Assembly (NCBI RefSeq): GCF_021028975.2
Contig: NC_059430.1
Coordinates: 101,370,001-101,434,000 of the forward strand
Reading direction: 5' to 3'
DNA length: 64,000 bases
From: Sphaerodactylus townsendi
Taxonomy: Eukaryota
The notes below the pieces were generated by a model that had not been told where the DNA came from, did no database searches, and saw nothing but the letters and a program-made list of their open reading frames with translations. Shown piece by piece: positions 1-11,100 of the stretch; the stretch's first letter is position 1, and every line of letters starts with the position of its first letter. The translations under genes were made by a program, and so were the position numbers.

Positions 1-1690
1 ATGCTTCCCAATGAATCCTAGCCTCAGATTTAGCATACTTAGATGCAGTATCAGCAACATTCAGCTTCTCAGAAACAGAGACGACTAAAGTGGGAATAAG
101 AATGGAGGAAAGAGTTGAGCTAATGTATGGTCCTCTTCAGAATCTTCATCTTCCACTTCCTGCAAGCAACTGAAAAAAATATCCCTTCAAATCTTAACAA
201 AATGGCTACACTCATGCTAAGTTAATATTACAACCTCATAAAAGCACACTTTCTTTACATGGGGGGTCTTAAAGAGGTCTATCTCTGGAAAACCCCAGGT
301 CTGGAAAATGGGTGTCAGATAGACATCTTGGATAGACCACTTGTGGTTGTGCTGACTGACATGATCTGCCAGTTTGTTGTGGATGCCTGTTATGTGGATG
401 GCCCACATGGAGATGCTGTTGGCTACAGTGAGTTCCCAGGTCCTCATAGCCTCCAAACAAAGGGCCATGGACCCCATGCCCCCCTGCTTGTTAAGATAAC
501 ACATAGTATATGCATTGTTGGTTTGGATTACAACTTTCCTCCCACTAAGTACGTCTGCAAAGGAGATGAGGGCAAAACGTACAGCACGTGACTCAAGATT
601 ATTTATGTGTAAGGAACAAACCCTCTCATTCCAGTCTCCGTATTCTCCTGCTTCTGCAGTGAGTGCCCCAGCCCTGGAGGGATGAATCAGAAGTGAGTAT
701 GTCCTGAGGGCACCAAGCCCCAAGGGAACCCCCTTAGAAAGGTTATCCATGTTGAGCCAATGGACCTAATCACAGCACAAGGAATTGAGAAATGGTGATG
801 AAGAAAATAGAGGGGTGGAGATGATGAACCACAGCTGAAGTGGCACATGCAAACACACGTATGTGTGAACACAGTAGTGGTTGATACCATCAGACACAAG
901 AGTCTTTGGATGGCAACAACTGATTGCCTACATTGTCATTTAAAAGAGCAGGCAACATGCATTAATTTCAATGCCCTTTCCCGAGGGAAGAAGGCTCTGG
1001 ATGCTGAAGAATCTAAAAACAGCTCCAACAAAGGGGGCCAAGGTCACAGGAGTAAGTTTGGATTTAGCAATGTTAATAACAAATCCTATGTGTTTAAGTA
1101 ATGGGTCAGTGTGGTAGATTAGATTATGTTTGGGCAACTGTAAATGTGGGTCATTTGTTATTTGTTACATGTTAATAACTGCTTCTTGTGGTGTTTTGCT
1201 ATCATGGTGTTAATATTTGTTGCTATCTTATGTGTTTCAATGGTTTTATGTGTGTTTTATGTTCAATGTTTTTTTAAAAGAAGAAAATTAATAAAAAGTA
1301 TTATGTAAAAAAAAACCCACATCCTAGGCTATGGCATGTTGCGATTACAACCTTCACCTGTGAATGGAGCTTAACTTCAGAAGATGCTGTAATCAGCCAG
1401 TCATCCAAATTAGTGAAGACTGAGCAACCCAGCGTATGAAGGTACGCAACTACCACAGCCATACACTTGGTAAAGACCTATGGTGGCAAGAAGAGAACTA
1501 AGGGTAGAGAGGGCACACCCTCCCAGTCATGTGACAGTTTGAGCAGGAAGGGGCTGTCACGTCACTTACTGTCTGGGAGGGCCACTCTCTTCTGTTGCTA
1601 GGGCTAAGGAAGAAATTGTTTCAAACAGCAGGCCTGCACAAGCACAGTCCCATGTGGGGCTGAACTGAAGACCAAATGTGAACCAGAACT
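1..1690 (-). mobile_element. Old, fragmented DIRS-type retrotransposon remnant (RT, RNase H, start of methyltransferase-like domain) in KPNA6 intron 3
   Basis: Minus-strand translation near 1320-1490 gives VFTKCMAVVVAYLHTLGCSVFTNLDDWLI (degenerate YLDD). 940-1137 gives GFVINIAKSKLTP (RT C-terminus). 217-750 gives HINNLESRAV..QTNN..YLNKQGG..HITGIHNKLADHVS..PEIDLF, homologous to pol of the intact element. An A-tailed insert interrupts it at about 1140-1315. Confidence 0.8.
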
Positions 1691-2179
1691 TCCTCGGTGG
1701 TCTCCCATCCAAATACTAACCAAGGCCGATCCTGCTTAGCCTCCAAGATCCAACAAGATTAGGCTAGAATGGATAAATACTATTTGGTTCCTCTTCCTCC
1801 AAGATGTGAGCTGACAAGACTTCTTCCTCCTCCAGTAGCCTATGTTGGATCCAGTGTCATTTGGGTACTCCCTTCCACCCCTGTAATGGCTATTCTCCGC
1901 TTGGTCACTATGCAGCCTTGACCAAAGTTATCTATGAATTGGAATTGCTGACTTTCTTCTTCCCTCCCCATTTATTTTCTCTTCTGTATCATCTGGATTG
2001 TGTTATAGGCAACTACACTGAACAGTAGGCCACCCTTAAACAAAGTGGCAAAAAGGCAGGAAACAAATGCAGTAAATAAACACCCAGTCTTTCAGGACAG
2101 TATACCCCAAAAGGCATCCTGAAGTGTTAATGCAATGAGAATGTTACAAATGAAAAACAGCCTTTCAATAATTACTTAC

Positions 2180-5100
2180 CCCAGCAGTGGTAGAGCTAAC
2201 GAATGAATCAGCCAGGGGACTGTCAAACATAGTAGAATCTTCGCTAATCAGCTCCACATTTCTTCGTTTAAAGAGCTGAAATAGAAAACAGACTGCATTA
2301 AGAGGAGAACAACTAGGGTTGAGAAGGCTTACAGATATAAGTGATACACAGATTTCTGCAATTTCAAGCCTACAAGGAGATATGCAGGTCACTGAAGTCC
2401 ACTCCACACTGGGACAGATGTATCATTTTTCCTTCCCCCAGGAGATTGCAGTGGACCCTGCACATATTTTCCAGTTCATTTCCGAAGTCATAAAAACTAG
2501 AAATTGGCCTCTGTACACTAGATTCTCTGGGTCCAAACTCTGTCACACCCTATATTTCACAAGAGTGATACACAATGCATGCAGCCCTAGCAATAAGCAC
2601 CTTTGTAGCCATTGTATATCAGAAGCTAGCAATTTCCCCTACCTGTATGATGTAGGAACCCTGAGGGGCAGGCACACTGTATTCAGCCACTCCCCACAGC
2701 CCAATCACCCCAAAATACTGTTTATGGGATTGCAGCTCTAAATCACTAGGGACCAAGTTTTACTAGACCACATTTAGATTAAAAATGTACACAAGCTTTT
2801 AAGCACTCAACAGGAGACCAATGGTGCCTTCACAGTTTGCTACATCTATGTTCCAATTAAGGAATTTAGTCAATCTTCTTTTTAACTTATTAAAATCAGT
2901 TTAAGCATTATTAAAACCTCAGTCTGGTGCTTTCTTGAAATACTCAAGAAGATTGAGAACTTTCTTTGCTTGGACATATATAGTACAAGAACCAAAAATA
3001 CAAACAACGGCACCTGTTGCTACCCAATACAATAATTGAAACTATCTACTATGCAGCTTTAATTCATGTATTTAAAACTGTACCAAATACAGCTTTAATT
3101 CATATATTAAAGGGGGGAGCCATTATTCATCAGAACATAAGAGGCAGAGTACCCTGCTGGATCAAACCAGTGGTCCATCTAGTCCATCCCATTTCTTACA
3201 GTGGTCAACCAGTTGTCCTGGAGGATCAAACAGGACATAGATGCCAAGGCCTTCCCCAGTGTTGTTCAGTGGTACAGCATCTGCTTTGCATATGCAAGAT
3301 TCCAAGATCAAATCCCCAGCTTCTCTAGTTAAAATGATCAAGAAAGTGCCAATGTCCAAACTTTGACCTGAGAACTGAAGACCCAACTTTGATCCACTCT
3401 ACTATTTTGCAAAGCTCCCCAGATACAAGACAAATCACAAATCCCACCCTGCAAATAACCAGCCAATGATCCACCTAAGCTACACAAATGTTTCAGGGTA
3501 ATCAGAAGCAGTTAACTCTGACTGCCTTCTAGCCAAGAAAAACACATCTGTCACCCTACACAAGTACTACCTGCTGCTCCCGCTTCTGTTTGCGCAGCTG
3601 GATCCCTTCCTCCTCTCTTCTCCGTCGCATCTCCTCAGGATTCAGTGCCTTGTTTTTGTAGCTCTTCATTCTGTAGTTGTTCTCTTTTGCTGGGCTTGCC
3701 ATGGTTTCTGCAGGGGGAAGAGGAAAGAAAGATGCCATATCTGCTAAGTCAAATGGAAACAGGTCTCTAGTCTTCGGTGCTGGCATTGGATTACACATGT
3801 ATTCAAATGATAGCGGCTGGTGTAAATCATATAGCAGAGCTTGTACAAATCAATCGTCAACTGTTACACATAAGAACCAAGAAGTACCCTGATCAAAGCT
3901 GTGCAGCAGATCCCATTGCAAAGACAGGGTTTATTTTAATATATATGTTATTGATTTTATTTTTAAATAATAATGATATAATTATAAATATAATATATAA
4001 CTGAATAAATCTTCACAGAGAATAAACATGACAAAACTTTCATAGACACCCCCCATATACATACACACATACACACATAGTATATACTCGCATATAAGTC
4101 AAACTTTTCCAGCACATTTTTTGTGCTGAAAAAAGCCCCCCTCGACTTATATGAGAGTCAGGTGTCTTTTAAACAATATTTTAGAGTTTTTACTTTGTCA
4201 GCCGCCAGGGGGCACAGTTTTTAGGCTAGCGGCACCAAAATTTCAGGGATTTTTCAGGAGACTCTCCTGATGATACCACCCAAGTTTGGTAAAGTTTGGT
4301 TCAGGGGGTCCAAAGCTATGGACCCCCAAGTTTCCAATGGGAGCTAATAGTAGATGGGGCTACATTTTGAGGGTCCATAACTTTAGATTCCCTGAACCAA
4401 ACTTCACCAAACCTGGGTGGTATCATCAGGAGGGTCTCCTAAAGATACTCTGAAATGTTGGTGCTGCTAACATAAACATTCCTCCCCTGACCAAAAATCC
4501 AGTTTTGAAGAATTTTAACTCTAGTGTTTTACTTTGGTTGCTGGTCGAGCTAAGGGTTTTGTACGTTTAAAGTTATTGTTGAGACCATATTGTTTTAGTT
4601 GGCCCTCTTTTCCACTTACAGAGCTAGTTTACTGTTTTTCTTTGAAATAAATATTCAAAAACATTTAACCTACTGTTGCCTCAATTAATGTAATTTTATT
4701 GGTATCTATTTTTATTTTTGAAATTTACCAGTAGCTGCTGCCTTTCCCACCCTCGACTTATACGCGAGCTAATACGTTTTCCCAGTTTTTTGTGGTAAAA
4801 TTAGGTGCCTCGACTTATATGCGGGTCGACTTATACACAAGTATATACGGTGTGTGTGTGTGTATAAAAAAGCGAGTCTTGACTTCTATCATTCTCCTGG
4901 AGGCGACCTCGGGCATCCTGATTGGGTGATTTCCCAATCCATTATCAGGGAGGCAGGTACTACTTTTTTGCTGCAGCTTCCTGTGATGGGTTGGGCATCC
5001 GATTTGGCCCCAGTTCGTTTCCTGCCTAGCAGGGAGTGCAGGTCTTGGAGCCAAGCTCCAATTCTTCTGAGTTCCAACCTTTTTCTTCACTTCTTCAACC

Positions 5101-8100
5101 TCTCCATCCTGTGTACCCTGTCTGCGTGAGTCTTTTCCGTCGTTTTGTTCAGTCTTCGTGCGTCCCCCCCTCCCTCGACGAGCTCCCGCCAAAATCGGCC
5201 GCCTTAAGATGGCCGCCACCCGCTCTTTCTCCCCCCCTCCTCCCGAGAGCTTCGCCAGCACAGCGGCGAGAGGACGAGGGCAGCCACCCGGTCAGGGTCA
5301 CGAGTGCCCGAGGGATCGGACGCTTCTTCAGAGGGCTCCGCGTCCGCGACGGCAGCGGCTGCCCCACCCCCCAAGCCGACCGGCAAAAAAGCCAAGCCCA
5401 AAGGAAAAAAGGCGCGCAAGCAAGGCGCCAAGCGGCAAAAGCACCATGATGACATGGTTGCTCAGCCCGCCGATGGGAGCACCAGCGCCCCTCTCAGGGC
5501 CGCGGAGGGTGTCTCCTCTCGCCCCCCCCAACGCGAAGAAGTCGCAGACGAGGAAGGGGGGAGGCGCTCCAACGCGGACAGGGCAGACCAACCCTTCTCG
5601 GAGGAATCAGGAGAGGCTTCAGAGGCAGACGCTCCTGCAACGCCCAGGCAAGGTCGGGCAAGGGGGAGGGGGAGGAGCCATCCGGCAACTGGCAAGGCCC
5701 TGTCTCCTGCCAACGCCAACCCCTGGGCTAGTACCTCCTCCTCACATTTGATGAAGATGTTTACCAAGGCCTTCAGCAAGGCATTGGATAAAAGGGACAG
5801 GGAAAAACGCCACACCAAGGGAAAACACAGTTCCCAGCACAGTGAGAAAAGGAGGAGACCTGTCTCCAGCTCTTCCTCCAGTTCTGGCAGTCCCCGCCCT
5901 TCCTCCTCTAGATATAGGGACTCCCTTGCCATTCCAGGAGAGGAGGAATCCAGTGAGTCAGAGTCTGGTAATTCCTCAGACCATTTCTCAGAGGGAGGCG
6001 ATCCCCCCATAGAGACCAATGAGCAATGTAAACGTTTTTTCAAACAAGAGAATTTAGCCCTCATGATGGCCAAAACTATAGCCACCCTCGAATTACATGA
6101 TGCCGCAGACGCTGAGGACCCCTCTTCGGCATCCACCTCCAAAAAATCAGTCAAGGGGGTCCCGAAAGGGAGTAAGGACATCTTTCCCCACTCAGAGGAG
6201 ACCCCTCAGGCTTTTCCTCTCCCGGAGTATTTCGAGAGAAGGATGAAGAGGGAATGGCTAAATCTGGAAGCTAGTAGATCCGCCCCAAACTTCCTTAAGA
6301 AGTTGTACGTGCTCCCAGAACACATCCATGCCATCATCCAGACGCCACTAGTCGACGCACCCGTGGTGGCCCTCCAGTCCGCAGGGCTCGTCACTAAGGA
6401 CGGGGAGGGCACAATCAGAGATCCTTCTGACAGGCGAAAGTTGACGCCTTCCTAAACAGCATCCACGACAGGCTTGCCCTCACCATTAGAGCACTAGCAC
6501 CATCCTCCACCATGGCAAGAGCAGCCATAGTTTGGGCCCGCAGGATTCTTGCCATCATTCCCCCAGAGTTCCAGGGGATTAGAGAGGGTGTGGAGAGAAT
6601 GCTCCTGGCTGTGTCCTTCTGGGCAGATTCCACCTTCGACGCCCTTACGCTAGTTTCCCGCATCTTAGGCTTGGGAGTAGTGGCTAGGAGGCACGCCTGG
6701 CTCCGCCAATGGCAAGCCGACTTCCATTCCAAACAGGTGGTAGCCTCTTACGACTACCACGGCTCCCAGCTCTTCGGTAAAGAATTAGATGCTGTACTTG
6801 TTGAGTCCAAAGGCCACAAGAAAACTATGCCCAGGTATGTCAGATCCGACCAGGGCCCATCCTCAGCTAAGACTCACACAACCTTTAGGTCACAACGCAC
6901 ACTAGCGAGACCCTCCAATGATGGCAGACGGTGGTCTAACCAAAACTCCTTCCGTAGGCGCTCCTACGGCTACAACAATAACAATGCCTCAAATAACTCT
7001 TCCTTTCGTTCCACTAACTTCAGACAGCCAGGACGAGGCGGCAAGTCCTTTCAACCTGGCCGGGCAGCCAGATCCTGACCAGCAGGACATTCCGGTCGGC
7101 GGCCGCCTCCAATCTTTCCACCTTCATTGGACGGGCGGGCATGTCGACCGTTGGACCAGGGAGGTAATCACATCAGGTTACCTCATCGAGTTCTTCCGCA
7201 CCCCAAAACCCCACTTCCATCAATCCCCGGTCCACAAAAACCCCATAAAAAGAGAAAGAACTCTAGACGCCATTCACCACCTACTCAAGATCAAGGCGAT
7301 CGAGCCAGTTCCGTCCTCTCAACGTTTCTGCGGAGTTTACTCCCACTTTTTCACAGTTCCAAAACGCAACGGAAAATGGAGGGCCATCTTGAACCTGAAG
7401 TCTGTAAACAAACACATCCGTCTTCACCGGTTCAAGATGGAGACCCTCAGATCTATCACAGAGAACCTTCGCCCGGGAGACTACCTCTCCTCTCTGGACT
7501 TGACAGAGGCCTATCTTCACGTGCCGATCAACCCCCTTCACAGGGCGTTTCTCAGATTTGCAGTGGGCAGCCAGCACTACCAATACAAGGCTCTCCCCTT
7601 CGGGCTAGCCACCGCGCCCAGGGTTTTCACAAAAGTACTCCTGGCCCCCATCACAGCCCTCCGAGAACAGGGGATCCACGTCCACCCCTATCTCGACGAT
7701 ATCCTGGTGAGGTCCCCATCCAGGCAACAGAACTTGCAGGACCTCTCCACCGTCATATCGACTCTGACGCGGCACGGCTTCCTCATCAACTTCCAGAAAA
7801 GCTCCCTGAGTCCCAACACTCGCATGCGCCACCTGGGAGCAGTCATCGACACAACCCCTAGCAACGCTTCTGTTCGGTCCCTCACGACAAAGCAGTGAAA
7901 ATTCAGAGACTTGTCTCCCTATTTTTAGCAGCCAGAAGAGCCTCCATTCTACAGCTTGCCAAACTGATGGGACTGTTCATCTCTGTCATAGACATGCTGC
8001 AGTGGGCGAGATTTCACGCACGGACCCTACAGAGGACTCTCGCCCATTTCAACAGCTTAATTATGCAAAAACAGGACCTGACGATTCCCCTCACACCTCA

Positions 8101-11100
8101 ACTCAAGAACAGTCTAACGTGGTGGGCCCACCACAGAAATCTATGCACAGGCAAGGTTTACCTACCAGAAAATCGAATACAGGTCTTCACAGACGCCAGC
8201 CTCCGAGGCTGGGGAGCGTCCTGCGAGGGCCATCTGGCACAAGGCACCTGGACCCTGGAACAAGCCCAACTGCCAATCAACTTGCTGGAGATGATCGCCA
8301 TCCGCCTAGCTCTACAACATTTACGCCCGCATCTGCAGAGGCATCACATCTTGATCAGAACAGACAACATCGCAGCCAAGGCCCATGTCAACCATCAAGG
8401 GGGCTCCCGATCCACACGTCTCCATCAGGAGGCATCCCGGATCCTCTCCTGGGCGGAATCTCACCTCCTATCCCTCACAGCAGAACACATCAGTGGAAAT
8501 CTAAACGTGGAAGCAGACTGGCTAAGCAGGCAGACGGTGCTGGAGGCGGAATGGAAATTACACCCCAACATCTTCCATCTGATAAGTCAAAACTTCGGCA
8601 CTCCAGTCATCGACCTGTTCGCATCGGCAGAGAACCACCAACTGCCTCACTTCATCACCAGATACTTCCACCCTCGAGCCAGGGACACCGATGCCCTGAC
8701 CTCGCACTGGCCACCCAAACTCCTCTATGCCTTCCCTCCAATCCCAGTCATCCCCAAACTCCTGAGGAAGACCTGCAAGGAGAAGGCCAGGGTCATTCTA
8801 GTGGCTCCATGGTGGCCCAGGCGACCATGGTTTTCCTCCATTCTGCAACTCTCCATCGCTCCACCCCTGCGGCTTCCCACCCCGACAGACATGCTGACGC
8901 AGGGCCCAGTTCATCATCCCGATCCTCAATGGTTTTGCTTAACCGCTTGGAGCTTGAACGGGAATCCTTAATTAACAAGGGGTACTCCAAGAAGGTGGCC
9001 GACACCATCATCGCCTCTCGCAAACCCTCTACCATCAGAATCTACAACTCCTCCTGGAGAACATTCGTTCAGTGGGCCAACAAGCACCGTGCTAATCCTC
9101 TCCGTCCTACGGTACCTCAAGTGCTGCAGTTTTTACAGGAGGGTTTCGACAGGGGCCTGAGAAGCTCAACCTTAAGAAGACAAGTGGCAGCCCTGTCCAC
9201 GGTCTGGCCCCATCTGCAGGGAGTGCCCGCTTCCAGACATCTAGACGTGATAAAATTTCTGAAGGGAGTTAGACAACAACAAACTCCAGTAGTCCATAGA
9301 TTCCCTTCGTGGCGTCTGAGTACGGTCCTCAATGCCCTAGCTAAGCCACCATTCGAACCAATTCAATCCATAGGCTTAAAATGGCTCCGCATGAAACTCC
9401 TCCTCCTAGTGGCCGTCACGTCCAGCAGCAGAGTGTCAGAGCTATGCTTCTATCCATTAACTCTCAGTTATGTACTTTCCACAGAGATAGAGTGGTACTA
9501 AGGCTAGACCCATCCTTCGTTCCTAAGGTAGGATCCCTATTCCACATGAAACAGGAGGTAGTCCTACCCACATTCTTTCCCTTTCCTTCTCACCCGAAAG
9601 AAATACTCTGGCACAATCTGGATGTCCGCAGAGCACTCAAGGCCTTTATCCTTAGGACCGAACCCATCAGAAAGACTGAGACCCTGTTTGTCAATGTTTC
9701 GGCACCTAACCTAGGTTGTGCCATGTCTAAAGCGTCCATCAGTTCTGCCATAACATCCTGCATAGCAGAGTCTTACAGAGCCTCAAAACTTCCTGTGCCA
9801 CTAGGTATCACAGCGACTTTCGACTAGAAGTCGCTGGCCCACTAATGCGGCTCTACGTCGCCAGGTCCCCATCGAGGACATTTGCAAAGCGGCCACTTGG
9901 TCCTCCCCGACCTCGTTCACGAAGCACTATAGATTACATACCTTAGCGGCTAACGAGGTGGCCTTCGGGCACAGAGTGCTAGAGCACATATTCGGGGACT
10001 AAGAGGCCCACCCCATAAGGGACACTGCTCGGGGAGGTCCCAATCAGGATGTCCGAGGTCGCCTCCAGGAGAACGGTCCATTGGTAGACTTACCCTGAAG
10101 AGGCCTTCTCCTGGACGGCGACGAGGGCATCCTGGCCCCCCCTGGAGCCTTTTCAGTTACACATTACAGTTTAAGTTAAGTTCAAAAAGCAAGGAGTAAT
10201 AGGAACTCAGACCAAGTTTTAAGATAGTTTTTTGTGCTTCTACAGTTTGCTGTGTTGTTCTTCCTGTTGTGTTGTTTGTATACCGACTCTCTAATTTACT
10301 AGTACTGCTACGTTAGTCAAGTTTCTGGGGCCAAATCGGATGCCCAACCCATCACAGGAAGCTGCAGCAAAAAAGTAGTACCTGCCTCCCTGATAATGGA
10401 TTGGGAAATCACCCAATCAGGATGCCCTCGTCGCCGTCCAGGAGAAGGCCTCTTCAGGGTAAGTCTACCAATGGACCGTTTTCTATGTTACATAAAGCCA
10501 CTATTCAAGTAATATCTCTGTAAGGATTAGTCTTCTTTTAAAGATCAGAATAAATGAAACATCTGCTACACGTTAATTATATTAACTACAAATCAAACTG
10601 TTGCCCTTCTTACTTTTCAAAAACATCTATAGATATTTTTAGACATTAATACCATATTTTAGTTGCCTTTCTTCATAACATTTAGACATATCGTACAATT
10701 TGCATCCCTCATGAAACTCCTGTTTCGGTCATCTATCTGTTTATGAGACTAGTAAGCTTTGCCATTATAGCACATTCTCTCATCTTTTCTCTCTACATTT
10801 CTCAGTCAGGACAGGTGTCTGCTTTCCATCTGAATTCCAATATCACTCTAGCTGCAGTTAATGACGATAAGAATAATTCTTGTAGTTTTCCAGGAAGATT
10901 CTTTGGTAGGATCACCGATAAGACAAGTCTCTGCATCCATTTGAAACTCAATTTCCAGTATTTTGGATTTCTGCACGTACTTCCTTCCATTTTCTTTTAC
11001 TTTTTTACAAACTCACCGCAAATGGTCAAGTGTTCTATTTTCTTTCTTACATTTCCAACAGGTTTCTTTCACATTTTTGCTCATCCTCGCTATATTTTTT

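Larger units (their letters stand above)
4892..10480 (+). mobile_element. Full-length DIRS1-like tyrosine-recombinase retrotransposon, antisense to KPNA6 in intron 1
   Basis: ITRs 4911-5013 and 10325-10427 are 103-bp perfect inverted copies. The ICR at 10039-10134 is complementary to both termini. Gag, RT (YLDD), RNase H, DAM-like and tyrosine recombinase frames are present. TT at both ends, no target-site duplication. Confidence 0.96.

Noticed and set aside
5462-6181. 239-aa antisense ORF within DIRS gag
   Set aside because: Shadow of a GC-rich low-complexity coding strand; no recognisable motifs.
7895-10002. Phage or bacterial contamination (methyltransferase plus integrase)
   Set aside because: Both domains are normal parts of DIRS1 elements and lie within ITRs in a vertebrate intron.
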